Origin: a bacterium
Lineage (GTDB): Bacteria; Bacteroidota; Ignavibacteria; Kapaibacteriales; Kapaibacteriaceae
Direction of reading: 5' to 3'
NCBI GenBank assembly: GCA_024711065.1
Contig: JANJTN010000035.1
Span: forward strand, 1 to 54,925
DNA: 54,925 bases
A program made the position numbers and the translations under genes. Below the pieces are notes generated by a model. The model was not told where the DNA came from. It was given only the letters and a program-made list of their open reading frames with translations, and searched no databases. Below, piece by piece: positions 1 to 9,358 of this stretch (within the stretch, counting starts at the first letter, position 1; every line of letters starts with the position of its first letter).

Positions 1-341
1 AGGCCAAGACCAAGCCCGAGCCTCCCGCACAGCCGCAACCGCGTGGGGTGCCGGCGGATCCGAATCTGCAGTTGCTGCAAGACCGCAAGGCCGTGGTAAC
101 GTCGTTCCTGAAGGATGCCCGCAACGTGGAGCTAAGGGTGAAAGTGAACGCCAACGCGCTACCGCCGGGGCTGGCCAAACAACCGATCACAGCGGATGAA
201 GCCAAGGCCGAACTCACAACAAAGAAGAAACCCAGCAAGGGCAAGGCAACTCCTCCGGCAAAAGGCAAGGCTGCGCCAACGGCATCACACAACTCGTTGG
301 TGGTGAAGGTCGGAGAAGTAAAGCGACTCTTTGGCGACTAG
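1..341 (+). CDS. 3' end of a CDS entering from upstream of the window; Lys/Pro/Ala-rich tail, function unknown
   Basis: Frame 3 is open from nt 3 to the TAG at 339-341. The track start at 48 is a GTG inside that open frame, so the gene probably begins outside the window. The tail KKKPSKGKATPPAKGKAAP is basic and low-complexity. Confidence 0.45.
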   Translation, partial: AKTKPEPPAQPQPRGVPADPNLQLLQDRKAVVTSFLKDARNVELRVKVNANALPPGLAKQPITADEAKAELTTKKKPSKGKATPPAKGKAAPTASHNSLVVKVGEVKRLFGD

Positions 342-486
342 TCTGAAACGGAACGTTGTCTGGCGGGTCGTTGTTGAAAATCAAGCCCAAAGGCGTGGGA
401 CGAACTCGGCTATATTCCCTGTGCCGTAACGGAAGGTTCCGGCCCGCGTCTTTCTCTCTAGGTCCCATTTCCCCTGGAACACCGCC

Positions 487-3003
487 ATGGAAGGCAATTT
501 TTCGAATCGAGTCCAAGATGTGATCCGCCTGAGCCGCGAGGAAGCCCTCCGGTTGGGACACGATTACATCGGCACCGAGCATCTGCTGCTCGGGATCATC
601 CGCGAGGGCGAAGGGATCGGCGTTAAGATCCTGAGAAACCTTGGCGTTGATCTGAGCAAGCTGAAACGAGCGATCGAGGACACGGTTCGGTCGATGAGTG
701 GTCCGCTGACGATCGGAAACATCCCGCTTACCAAGCAGGCCGAGAAGGTGCTCAAGATCACGTATCTCGAAGCCAAGCTGTACAAGTCCGATGTGATCGG
801 CACCGAGCACTTACTGCTGTCGCTGTTGCGCGACGAAGACAACATCGCTGCCCAGATCCTGAGTCAGTTCGCTGTGAACTATGACGCCGTGCGCAAGGAG
901 CTGGATGCCTATCTCAGCGGCAAGCCAAGCTCTGGTGCGGCCAAGCCCGAGCGTGGCGGAACATCGCGTTCCAAGCCGGCTCCGGAACGAGTGAAGACAC
1001 CGGTGCTGGACAACTTCGGACGCGATCTGACCAAGCTGGCCGCCGAAGGAAAACTCGACCCCGTGATCGGACGGGAAAAAGAGATCGAGCGCGTGGCTCA
1101 GGTCCTGAGCCGCCGCAAGAAGAACAACCCTGTCCTCATCGGCGAACCCGGCGTTGGCAAAACGGCGATCGTGGAAGGCCTGGCATTGCGCATCATCGAT
1201 CGCAAAGTGTCCAGAGTGCTATTCGAGAAGCGGATCGTGACGCTGGACCTGGCCGCTCTGGTGGCCGGTACCAAGTACCGCGGTCAGTTCGAAGAGCGCA
1301 TGAAGGCCGTGATGAACGAGCTGGAAAAAGCCAAGGACGTGATCCTGTTCATCGACGAGCTGCACACCATCGTGGGTGCCGGCGGAGCTTCGGGCTCACT
1401 GGATGCCTCGAACATGTTCAAGCCCGCCCTGGCGCGGGGAGACATCCAATGCATTGGTGCCACCACGCTGGACGAGTACCGTCAGTTCATCGAAAAAGAT
1501 GGAGCTCTTGATCGTCGGTTCCAGAAGATCATTGTGGAGCCCCCTTCAACAGATGAAGCGATCCAGATCCTGAAGAATGTGGCCGATCGGTACGAAAAGC
1601 ATCACGGTGTACGGTATAGCGACGACGCCATCCGTTCGTGTGTGATCATGGCTGAGCGATACATCACCGACCGGTTCCTGCCGGACAAAGCGTTGGACGT
1701 GATGGACGAAGCTGGGGCCCGCGTGCACCTGTCGCACATCACCGTACCCAAGGAAGTCCTTGATCTCGAAGGCAAGATCGAAGAGGTCCGCATCGAGAAG
1801 AACCAGGTGGTGAAGTCGCAGAACTTCGAAGAAGCCGCACGGCTGCGCGACCTGGAGAAGAAGTATCAGGCCGAGCTCGAAGCGGCCAAAGAGAACTGGG
1901 AGCAGAATGCTACCGAGGTGGTGCATGATGTGACCGAGGACGACATTGCCGACGTGATTGCGATGATGACCGGCATACCGGTGAACCGTGTGGCCGAGAG
2001 CGAGTCGCACAAGCTGTTGAACATGGCCGACGAGCTCAAGAAGCAGGTCATCGGACAATCCGAAGCTGTGGAGCATCTGGCCAAGGCCATTCGCCGCGCG
2101 CGTGCCGGACTCAAGGATCCGTCGCGGCCGATCGGTTCGTTCATGTTCCTCGGACCCACCGGCGTTGGCAAGACCGAACTGGCCAAGGCACTGGCACGGT
2201 ACATGTTCGACTCGGAAGATGCGCTCATCCGCATCGATATGAGCGAGTACATGGAAAAATTCACCGTGTCGCGTCTGGTGGGTGCACCTCCGGGATATGT
2301 GGGTTACGAAGAAGGCGGCCAGCTGACCGAAAAGGTCCGCCGCAAGCCGTATTCCATTGTGCTGCTCGACGAGATCGAGAAAGCTCACCCGGACGTGTTC
2401 AACATCCTGTTGCAGGTCTTCGACGATGGCCAGCTGACGGATGGACTGGGCCGTCGGGTGGACTTCAAGAACACGATCATCATCATGACCAGCAACGTGG
2501 GTATGCGCGACGTGAAGGCCGGCGGCAAGATCGGCTTTACCACGGACGAGAGCGGTGATGCCTACGAGAACATGAAGTCCACCGTTGAAGAGACCATGAA
2601 GCGTCTCTTCAACCCGGAATTCCTGAACCGCATCGATGAGTATGTGATCTTCCGCACGCTCAAGAAGGAGCACATGGTGGAGATCATCGATCTGCAGCTG
2701 AAGGATCTCACCAAGCGTTTGGTGGAGCGCGGTGTGACGCTCGAACTGTCGAAGACCGCCAAGGAATTCCTGGCCGATCACGGGTTCGACGAAAAGTATG
2801 GGGCTCGACCACTGCGGCGTGTGCTGCAACGATTCGTCGAGGATCCGCTGGCCGAGGAAATGTTGAAAGGGGGCTATCCAGAAGGCTCGCACATCAAAGG
2901 CAAGCTGGACAAGAAAGCCAACCTGGTGGCGTTCACTCTGGCCAAGGCCAAGAACGATACCAACGAAGAGGAACCGGAAGAAGCCGAAACTCACGAAGAG
3001 TGA
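487..3003 (+). CDS. clpC: ATP-dependent Clp protease ATP-binding subunit ClpC (class III Hsp100 AAA+ chaperone)
   Basis: 838-aa ORF. It has duplicated Clp_N repeats ([12 protein letters not shown] / [12 protein letters not shown]), two P-loops ([16 protein letters not shown]) and a UVR-like linker ([15 protein letters not shown]) between the AAA modules. Confidence 0.93.
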   Translation: MEGNFSNRVQDVIRLSREEALRLGHDYIGTEHLLLGIIREGEGIGVKILRNLGVDLSKLKRAIEDTVRSMSGPLTIGNIPLTKQAEKVLKITYLEAKLYKSDVIGTEHLLLSLLRDEDNIAAQILSQFAVNYDAVRKELDAYLSGKPSSGAAKPERGGTSRSKPAPERVKTPVLDNFGRDLTKLAAEGKLDPVIGREKEIERVAQVLSRRKKNNPVLIGEPGVGKTAIVEGLALRIIDRKVSRVLFEKRIVTLDLAALVAGTKYRGQFEERMKAVMNELEKAKDVILFIDELHTIVGAGGASGSLDASNMFKPALARGDIQCIGATTLDEYRQFIEKDGALDRRFQKIIVEPPSTDEAIQILKNVADRYEKHHGVRYSDDAIRSCVIMAERYITDRFLPDKALDVMDEAGARVHLSHITVPKEVLDLEGKIEEVRIEKNQVVKSQNFEEAARLRDLEKKYQAELEAAKENWEQNATEVVHDVTEDDIADVIAMMTGIPVNRVAESESHKLLNMADELKKQVIGQSEAVEHLAKAIRRARAGLKDPSRPIGSFMFLGPTGVGKTELAKALARYMFDSEDALIRIDMSEYMEKFTVSRLVGAPPGYVGYEEGGQLTEKVRRKPYSIVLLDEIEKAHPDVFNILLQVFDDGQLTDGLGRRVDFKNTIIIMTSNVGMRDVKAGGKIGFTTDESGDAYENMKSTVEETMKRLFNPEFLNRIDEYVIFRTLKKEHMVEIIDLQLKDLTKRLVERGVTLELSKTAKEFLADHGFDEKYGARPLRRVLQRFVEDPLAEEMLKGGYPEGSHIKGKLDKKANLVAFTLAKAKNDTNEEEPEEAETHEE

Positions 3004-3740
3004 TGGGCTCGATCCACGAAGACATCCTCCGATACCTACGTCAACAACGGGAGCTGGTCGGCAACCTTACCTGGGCCGACCGCTCCCATGTTCTGTTGGA
3101 CCCGATCTCCGAACCGACCGTCTCCCCAGTGTTTGAAGAGGACGCCCCGGTGACCCCTGCACCTGTTGCTCGTACGGCCTGGCACGAAGCTCCTACGCTG
3201 GAGGTACTCAACCAGCAGATCTGTACCTGTCTGGAATGTCCGCTGGGACATACCCGCACCCGATTCGTGTTCGGTTCCGGAAACCCCAATGCCGATCTGA
3301 TGATCGTGGGAGAAGCTCCCGGCGCCGACGAGGACAAGCAGGGTCTGCCCTTTGTGGGCCGCGCCGGCCAACTGCTCACCAAGATCCTGGCGGCGATCGA
3401 GATCGAACGCGATGATGTGTACATCTGCAACATCCTCAAGTGCCGTCCACCCAACAACCGCAAGCCCCTTGCCAGCGAGACGGACGCCTGCGAACCCTAT
3501 CTCTGGAAACAGATCGAATTGGTGCAGCCGCGCTACATCCTGGCGCTTGGGCTTACGGCCGCCAACACCCTGCTCAAGAACAAGGAATCGATGACCAACC
3601 TGCGCGGCACCGTGCACGATTATCACGGCATCCCGATGATGGTCACGTATCATCCCGCCGCCCTGCTGCGCAATCCGGAATGGAAGAAGGCCACCTGGGA
3701 GGATGTGCAGCAATTGAAGAAGCTACTGGACAACGTTTGA
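3000..3740 (+). CDS. Uracil-DNA glycosylase, family 4 (Fe-S type) with an N-terminal extension
   Basis: Motifs GEAPGADEDKQGLPFVGRAGQLL, the Cys cluster CTCLECPL...C, and HPAALLRNP. The start is either GTG 3000 (GTGA overlap with the clpC stop) or ATG 3003. Confidence 0.85.
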   Translation: MMGSIHEDILRYLRQQRELVGNLTWADRSHVLLDPISEPTVSPVFEEDAPVTPAPVARTAWHEAPTLEVLNQQICTCLECPLGHTRTRFVFGSGNPNADLMIVGEAPGADEDKQGLPFVGRAGQLLTKILAAIEIERDDVYICNILKCRPPNNRKPLASETDACEPYLWKQIELVQPRYILALGLTAANTLLKNKESMTNLRGTVHDYHGIPMMVTYHPAALLRNPEWKKATWEDVQQLKKLLDNV

Positions 3741-3764
3741 GGATTTGAACGTTTGAACGTTTGA
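3733..3764. repeat. Tandem 8-mer ACGTTTGA, three exact copies plus one degenerate
   Basis: Exact copies lie at 3733-3740 (containing the UDG stop), 3749-3756 and 3757-3764. A degenerate copy, GGATTTGA, lies at 3741-3748. Confidence 0.9.
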
Positions 3765-3841
3765 GGCCCCTAACCCCTCGCCCTTAACCCCTAACCCCTC
3801 GCCCTTAACCCCGAACCCCTCGCCCTTAACCCCTACACCCC
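3765..3841. repeat. 21-nt C-rich tandem repeat (consensus AACCCCTAACCCCTCGCCCTT), about 3.7 copies, ending 2 nt before the ddl ATG
   Basis: Copies at 3765-3785, 3786-3806 and 3807-3827 (one T>G change), with a partial copy at 3828-3841. There are eleven C-runs of 3-5 nt in 76 nt. Confidence 0.9.
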
Positions 3842-3843
3842 CT

Positions 3844-4878
3844 ATGAACATCGCAGTCCTGATGGGCGGATTAAGCCCGGAGCGCAACATTTCGCTGCTG
3901 AGCGGACGTGCCGTGACCTACGCTTTGCGCGAACGTGGTCATCAGGTACGCGCGTTCGATCCGGCTCGCGGCGCTGCTGCGGAGCTGACCAACGCCGAGA
4001 TCGATGCGGCTACCAATGCCGCGGTTTCTGCCGAAGAACTCGCATCCTTCCGCAAAGAAGCCTTGCTCGAATTCGTGAATTCCGGACAACTCGACGGCAC
4101 GGATGTAGCGTTCATCCTGCTGCATGGGCAGTATGGCGAAGACGGATACATACAGTCGCTGCTGGACCTGAAGGGCATCCCCTACACCGGCAGTCAGATG
4201 CTGGCCAGTGCCATCGCGATGGACAAGGGGCTGGCCAAGATGCTGTTCCAGGTAAGCGGTATTCCAACGGCCTACTGGGTGAATGTCCGTCCGGAGTTCG
4301 CAGACGATATCGAAGCGCTCGAAGAGATCCGTCGAGAGATCAATGGACCGATGGTGATCAAGCCGAACGACGGTGGCAGCACGGTTGGGATGACGATCGT
4401 GCACAGCGGATCGCTGGACGAGATCGCTGCCGGGATCCGCCTGGCGGCACAGTACACGGACCACATTTTGATCGAGCGCTACATCAAGGGTCGGGAGCTT
4501 ACGGTAGCCGTGCTTGGCGGCGAGGCACTGCCCGTGATCGAGATCGTACCGCACGAGGGTTACTACGATTACGAGAACAAGTACACCAAGGGACGAACCG
4601 ACTACCGGTGTCCGGCCGATCTTTCGGAACATGTGCGCGACCATGTGATGAATCTGGCCGTAACGGCCCATCACGTGGTTGGCTGCCGCGCCTATAGTCG
4701 GATCGACTTCCTGTTGAACGATGAGAACATGCCCGTGTGCCTGGAGGTAAATACCGTACCGGGATTCACAGCTCTGAGTTTGGTGCCCATGGCGGCGCGC
4801 GAGGCCGGCATCGAGTTCGGGCCCTTGTGTGAAGAGATCATTCGCCTGTCCACCGGGCTCGAAGTGGGCGATTCGTAG
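3844..4878 (+). CDS. ddl: D-alanine--D-alanine ligase
   Basis: 344-aa ATP-grasp protein. It has the N-terminal MGGLSPERNISLLSG, the C-terminal LEVNTVPGFT motif, and a typical Ddl length. Confidence 0.92.
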   Translation: MNIAVLMGGLSPERNISLLSGRAVTYALRERGHQVRAFDPARGAAAELTNAEIDAATNAAVSAEELASFRKEALLEFVNSGQLDGTDVAFILLHGQYGEDGYIQSLLDLKGIPYTGSQMLASAIAMDKGLAKMLFQVSGIPTAYWVNVRPEFADDIEALEEIRREINGPMVIKPNDGGSTVGMTIVHSGSLDEIAAGIRLAAQYTDHILIERYIKGRELTVAVLGGEALPVIEIVPHEGYYDYENKYTKGRTDYRCPADLSEHVRDHVMNLAVTAHHVVGCRAYSRIDFLLNDENMPVCLEVNTVPGFTALSLVPMAAREAGIEFGPLCEEIIRLSTGLEVGDS

Positions 4879-4910
4879 TTTCGCACCTTCTCTCATCACA
4901 GATAGCACGC

Positions 4911-5915
4911 GTGAATACCATCCAGGTGATGGGCATCGGGAATGCCCTGGTCGATATCGAATACCGAGTCACGGACGCCGAACTCGAGGCGTTCGGCGTT
5001 ACCAAGGGGAGCATGACGCTTACCGATCCGGCGCGCCAGCACGAGATGATCACGGCGCTTGGCGATCGCGATGCGCACCGCAGTTCGGGTGGATCGGTAG
5101 CGAACTCCGTGATCGCCTTTGCACAGTTCGGCGGTACCGCTGCCTTTAGTTCACTGCTGGGTCGGGACCCGTTCGGCGACTTTTACGCCGGAGAGTTTCG
5201 CGACCTCGGCATCCACTTGAGTGCCGACAGTATTTCCGGTGATACCACGGGTACCTGTCTGGTGTTGATCACGCCCGACAGTGAGCGCACGCTGAACACT
5301 ACCCTTGCCGTAAACACGCAGTTCTCTCGGGATCACGTGAATGAACAGGTGATCAAACAGAGCGAATGGCTCTATATCGAGGGATACAAACTGACCGACG
5401 ACACGGGGGCCGAGGCGGTGGACATGGCAGCGTTCTACGCTCGCAAGCATGGCACGAACATCGCCGTCAGCTGCTCGGATGCTTTTATCGTGCACGTATT
5501 CGGAGACCGTCTGCGTTCGTTGTTGAAGCAGACCGATCTGATCTTCTGCAACGAGGTCGAAGCCAAGGCTCTGGCCGAAGAAGAAGATGCCGATCTGGCT
5601 GCTCGTGCGTTGCGATCCCGGCTTCCCAATGTGGTGATGACGATGGGCGATCAAGGCTCCCGGATCTCCTGGAACGGCCACGACTGCGAGATCCCGGCGT
5701 ATCAGGTTTCTCCGGTGGATACGACAGGGGCGGGCGACATGTTTGCCGGAGCGTTTCTCTATGGGGTGCTGCACCGGTATCATCCGGAACATGCCGGACG
5801 GTTGGCGAGTTATGCTTCGGCCCAGGTGGTGGCGCAGTATGGCGCACGCCTGAAGGCCAACCACCTCGAGGTCCGCGATTCCGTCCTCTCCACGGCATCC
5901 ACCACCACCTCATGA
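4911..5915 (+). CDS. PfkB-family kinase, adenosine-kinase-like
   Basis: N-terminal VMGIGNALVD and the ribokinase-family signature DTTGAGDMFAGAF. GTG start at 4911; ATG 4929 is an alternative. Confidence 0.78.
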   Translation: MNTIQVMGIGNALVDIEYRVTDAELEAFGVTKGSMTLTDPARQHEMITALGDRDAHRSSGGSVANSVIAFAQFGGTAAFSSLLGRDPFGDFYAGEFRDLGIHLSADSISGDTTGTCLVLITPDSERTLNTTLAVNTQFSRDHVNEQVIKQSEWLYIEGYKLTDDTGAEAVDMAAFYARKHGTNIAVSCSDAFIVHVFGDRLRSLLKQTDLIFCNEVEAKALAEEEDADLAARALRSRLPNVVMTMGDQGSRISWNGHDCEIPAYQVSPVDTTGAGDMFAGAFLYGVLHRYHPEHAGRLASYASAQVVAQYGARLKANHLEVRDSVLSTASTTTS

Positions 5916-7255
5916 GCCCCTTTCGCCATCTCTTGTTGATCATTCTTCTGGCCGTGCTGGGCGTATCCGCCAAGGCACAGTCCGGCATGGCGTTCGACGA
6001 TCTTCGGCAGAAACTGGCTCCGTACTTCGACAACGACCTGATCAACGACCTGGAAGCTGCCATGCCCAAGGGGTCGGGCTACCGGGTGTGGGGCTGGGAC
6101 GTGGGCGACTTTACCGGAGACGGATTCAACGATGTGGCGTTCTCGGTGAACGTGCTTGGTACGCGGCGCAAGGAATGCGTGGTGTACCTCTTCGCCGATC
6201 TGGACGGATACCTCGTGAACGTGGCACAGTACCGCGTGCCCTTTGTGGCGATCCCGCTGGAAGTAGGCGTGGTGATCAAGGAGAACACCTGCTATGTAGC
6301 GCAGAAGCGCAAAGCCGAAGACTGGACCATGCAAGGCTACCGGTATGTGCAAGGAAGCGTGGTCAAGGTCGACGAGTTCGTTTCCAATCGCGTGGAATCC
6401 TTTGCTCATGATTCCTACCGCAACTTTCAGACCCTGGAAACGCGCGAGCGCTTCCTGCTTCCCGATGGACGTCCGGCCTTTGCCACGGACTATCTGACGA
6501 TCCCTTGTTACGAACGCGGCCGCCAGGTCTTTGCCGGCATTGTTCCGGACGTGCAGGTAGGCACCATCCAGCACGTCCGCCAGGGATCGTTCTGGTGGAA
6601 AGGGGCTTCGGACGCCTCGTTCAAGGCGCGGGCCGTGTATGATGCGGACTTCCTGTATCTAAGGGTTGCCGTGCGGGACAGCGACGTGGTGACCGGCTGG
6701 TGTGACACGTGCGCGGCCGACCGCCTGGAGATCTGGTTCGATGTGTCGGTGCCCGATGCCGAAGGCGGTGGACGGTATATCACCAACATCAAGCGCCAGA
6801 AACTGGAGATCCGAAACGAAAGCGACTCCGGCCTGTATGCCTTTTCGGTCAAGATCGGCGACTTCCGGGACCGACGTCCCGAGATCACTGTGCGCACCAC
6901 AGACGAGCTGTCGGCCACACAGGACGAAGCCTTGAACCTGTTACGCGTGGTCACAGCGCCCAGGACCGAAGGCTACGTGGTCAAACTCCGTATCCCCTTT
7001 GTATTGCTCGGCTTTGACCGCCCCCCACTCGAAGAATTGAAACCCACGGACCTGGGCTGCACCATTGCCTTGTACGACGTGGACAACGAGTTCCGTCCGG
7101 AAGAGACCACCACGCTGTCGACAAGCGCCATTCAGCCCCTTGATCCCTCGACCTACGGGGCGATGGCGTTCATTCCCACGGGCATCTGGTACGGCGAGAC
7201 CACCAACATTTTTGCCGATGCTGTTCTGACCTCGCTCCGTGAGTTGGGTTTTTAA
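5912..7255 (+). CDS. Secreted protein with an FG-GAP/VCBS-like segment and a CBM9/DOMON-like C-terminal region; function unknown
   Basis: The ATG at 5912 forms an ATGA overlap with the kinase stop. Signal peptide MSPFRHLLLIILLAVLGVSAKAQ; WDVGDFTGDGFNDVAF motif. The track ORF from 5366 is an out-of-frame run-on across the kinase gene. Confidence 0.6.
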   Translation: MSPFRHLLLIILLAVLGVSAKAQSGMAFDDLRQKLAPYFDNDLINDLEAAMPKGSGYRVWGWDVGDFTGDGFNDVAFSVNVLGTRRKECVVYLFADLDGYLVNVAQYRVPFVAIPLEVGVVIKENTCYVAQKRKAEDWTMQGYRYVQGSVVKVDEFVSNRVESFAHDSYRNFQTLETRERFLLPDGRPAFATDYLTIPCYERGRQVFAGIVPDVQVGTIQHVRQGSFWWKGASDASFKARAVYDADFLYLRVAVRDSDVVTGWCDTCAADRLEIWFDVSVPDAEGGGRYITNIKRQKLEIRNESDSGLYAFSVKIGDFRDRRPEITVRTTDELSATQDEALNLLRVVTAPRTEGYVVKLRIPFVLLGFDRPPLEELKPTDLGCTIALYDVDNEFRPEETTTLSTSAIQPLDPSTYGAMAFIPTGIWYGETTNIFADAVLTSLRELGF

Positions 7256-7275
7256 CGCCCCCACGGCTAATTTTG
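7243..7275 (+). promoter_or_regulatory. Candidate Bacteroidota-type promoter of the atp operon (TTG-N21-TAATTTTG)
   Basis: TTG at 7244-7246, a 21-nt spacer, then an exact TAnnTTTG match (TAATTTTG, 7268-7275) 22 nt upstream of the ATG at 7298. Confidence 0.45.
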
Positions 7276-7297
7276 CGCGCCCATTACTAGCCGGATC

Positions 7298-7600
7298 ATG
7301 CCCCAACCGAACAACGATCGGACGGTGAGCGCGAACACTCGCAGTTCGGTCATGCGGCAGCTTGCGCCTTACATGGTGCTCGGCACGCAGCTCGCAGCTG
7401 CGGTCCTTGTACTCGGAGGTGCGGGTTGGTTGATCGACGATCACTTTGCGACGGATCCCTGGGGATTGGTGATCGGCTTGTGCGTGGGCAGTGTGGTCGG
7501 CTTTTATCAGTTCCTGAAGAACGTGCAGCAGTTGCTGGCTCGTGATCAGGATCAACGAACGAAAGAAGGGAACTCGTGGACGTCAAAGGACCGCTCGTAG
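7298..7600 (+). CDS. AtpZ/AtpI-family small membrane protein (F1Fo operon leader gene)
   Basis: 100 aa with two hydrophobic helices (VLGTQLAAAVLVLGGAGWLI, GLVIGLCVGSVVGFYQF). It is the first gene of the atp cluster. Confidence 0.6.
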   Translation: MPQPNNDRTVSANTRSSVMRQLAPYMVLGTQLAAAVLVLGGAGWLIDDHFATDPWGLVIGLCVGSVVGFYQFLKNVQQLLARDQDQRTKEGNSWTSKDRS

Positions 7601-7965
7601 GTGCCGCCACAGCATTTGCCATTTGTATGGTGAATACGCTGGTGGGCTACGTTGTGGCCAAGAAGGCGTTTGGCAAGGACTTGAATGTCTTCCTCAGTCT
7701 GGTCTTCGGCAGCCTGGGCGTGCGCATGATCATGGTGATCGCTGCCGCCTGGTATTGCCTGAGCATTCTGGAGATGCATCAGGTGGGCTTCAGTCTGACC
7801 TTTGCCATCGTGTGCTTCGTGATGTTGATGGGAGAGATCCTTTTTTTTCATCGCTCGTACGAGCAGAGCAAGAGAGAGGTGCGTCGTCCAGTGACGGACC
7901 TGTTAAAAAAAAACATCGATAAGATGATCGCAAGCCTCATCCCGGCCCAGCCGGCCTACGCCTGA
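7576..7965 (+). CDS. ATP synthase protein I-like small polytopic membrane protein
   Basis: 129-aa hydrophobic ORF directly upstream of atpB. The start is uncertain: GTG 7576 overlaps the previous gene, and ATG 7627 is an alternative. Confidence 0.5.
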   Translation: MDVKGPLVGAATAFAICMVNTLVGYVVAKKAFGKDLNVFLSLVFGSLGVRMIMVIAAAWYCLSILEMHQVGFSLTFAIVCFVMLMGEILFFHRSYEQSKREVRRPVTDLLKKNIDKMIASLIPAQPAYA

Positions 7966-7972
7966 AACCTGC

Positions 7973-9058
7973 ATGAAGACCGAAGCCACCGACCAGCACA
8001 CCGAGACAACCGAACACTCCCAACCTGCCACGCAGGAGGCTGCCGGCGGTCATTCCGCTGACGCTCACGCTGCCGACGGCCATGCTGCCGACGGCCAGGC
8101 CGCAAGCACCGGAAGTCCGAAGGGCGGAGAGGTCTTCACGCACCTGATCGGCGAGCTGGGCGACCACCACGAACTGAATATGTTCTTCGGCCACTTCAAG
8201 GTGTTGCCGGTGATCTTTGTGGACAACGGTCTGAAGGTGTATGCCAATGAACATGCCATGGTCGAGTCGGGCGACTACACCCTCCATGCCGGTCATCCTG
8301 TGCGAACGAGCGATCACGGACATCCGGCGCTGGATCTGTCGGTGACCAACTTCGTGGCCTACCAGTGGATCGCCATGGCCGCTGTGGCCATCCTGTTCAT
8401 CGTCGCAGGCCGTCGTTACAAGAAAAACCCGCTCGCAGCACCAAAGGGCATTCAGAACATGCTCGAGAGTGTGGTGGTGTATATCCGTGACGAGATCGTG
8501 CGCCCCAACGTAGGCACCACCAAGCGCACCATGCGCATGATGCCCTACATCCTGTCGCTGTTCTTCTTCATTCTGTTCCTCAACCTCTTCGGTCTGTTGC
8601 CGGGCAATCATGCCGCAACCGGTGCGCTTGGGGTAACGATGGCACTTGCCGTGACCGCCTTCCTGGTTGTGAACTACGTGGCGATCAAGGATGCGGGCAT
8701 TGGGTCTTGGCTTCATCACCTTCTTGGTGGCGCACCGTGGTACATGTTCTTCATCATGGTGCCGATCGAGATCGTTTCGCTCTTCACCAAACCGTTCGCA
8801 CTCATGATCCGTTTGTTCGCGAACATGACGGCCGGCCACATCGTGCTGCTGTCGCTGGTGGGCCTGATCTTCTTCTTTGAGAACCTTGCCGTGGCGCCGA
8901 TCTCGGTAGCCTTTTCGGTCTTCATCTACCTGCTGGAGCTCCTGGTAGCCTTCCTGCAGGCCTACATCTTTGCCATGCTCACGTCGGTGTTCATCGGGCT
9001 TGCCCTGGGCGATCACGCGCAACACGACGAGCATGGTCATCACGCAGAAGCACACTGA
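7973..9058 (+). CDS. atpB: F0F1 ATP synthase subunit a, with His/Ala-rich N- and C-terminal extensions
   Basis: Contains the conserved stator-arginine segment RLFANMTAGHIVL and has polytopic helices. It sits at the expected operon position. Confidence 0.92.
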   Translation: MKTEATDQHTETTEHSQPATQEAAGGHSADAHAADGHAADGQAASTGSPKGGEVFTHLIGELGDHHELNMFFGHFKVLPVIFVDNGLKVYANEHAMVESGDYTLHAGHPVRTSDHGHPALDLSVTNFVAYQWIAMAAVAILFIVAGRRYKKNPLAAPKGIQNMLESVVVYIRDEIVRPNVGTTKRTMRMMPYILSLFFFILFLNLFGLLPGNHAATGALGVTMALAVTAFLVVNYVAIKDAGIGSWLHHLLGGAPWYMFFIMVPIEIVSLFTKPFALMIRLFANMTAGHIVLLSLVGLIFFFENLAVAPISVAFSVFIYLLELLVAFLQAYIFAMLTSVFIGLALGDHAQHDEHGHHAEAH

Positions 9059-9111
9059 TCGACGATCATCACGTTCTAATCAAATCACATCAATTCATTC
9101 GGAGGATCGAC

Positions 9112-9342
9112 ATGGACGCAGTTGCATTCGCATGGCTCTCAGCAGGCCTCGGTGTTGGCGTTACCGTTTTCGGCGTAGGTACCGGTATCGGCCGTCTGGC
9201 CGCTGCGGCACTGGAAGCCAGCAGCCGCCAGCCGGAGAACGCCGGCGACATCCGCACGACGATGATCATCGGCGCCGCTCTCATCGAGGGTGTTGCCCTG
9301 CTCGCCGGCGTGATCTGTATCCTGCTGGCTGTCAAGAGCTAA
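9112..9342 (+). CDS. atpE: F0F1 ATP synthase subunit c
   Basis: 76-aa helical hairpin with the loop RQPE and a carboxylate in ALIEGVAL. A strong SD context, TTCGGAGGATCG, lies at 9098-9109. Confidence 0.93.
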   Translation: MDAVAFAWLSAGLGVGVTVFGVGTGIGRLAAAALEASSRQPENAGDIRTTMIIGAALIEGVALLAGVICILLAVKS

Positions 9343-9358
9343 GACACAGGAACACCAA

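Noticed and set aside
3765-3841. CCCTAA/AACCCCT-containing tandem repeat considered as telomere-like sequence or as a mini CRISPR array.
   Set aside because: It sits between two ordinary bacterial genes in the middle of a contig, so it is not a chromosome end. The units are directly adjacent with no spacers and no cas genes are nearby, so it is not CRISPR. I kept it as an unexplained repeat instead.
5366-5911. Long N-terminal extensions offered by the ORF track: 5366 for the 5912 gene, 14159 for 14576, 15634 for 15931, 22772 for 22937, 49909 for 49795, 54063 for 53265, and 41492 for 41483.
   Set aside because: Several extensions overlap the preceding gene in another frame and translate to Arg/Gly/Pro-rich junk. 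The internal starts I chose give clean signal peptides or P-loops, and several coincide with ATGA stop/start overlaps.
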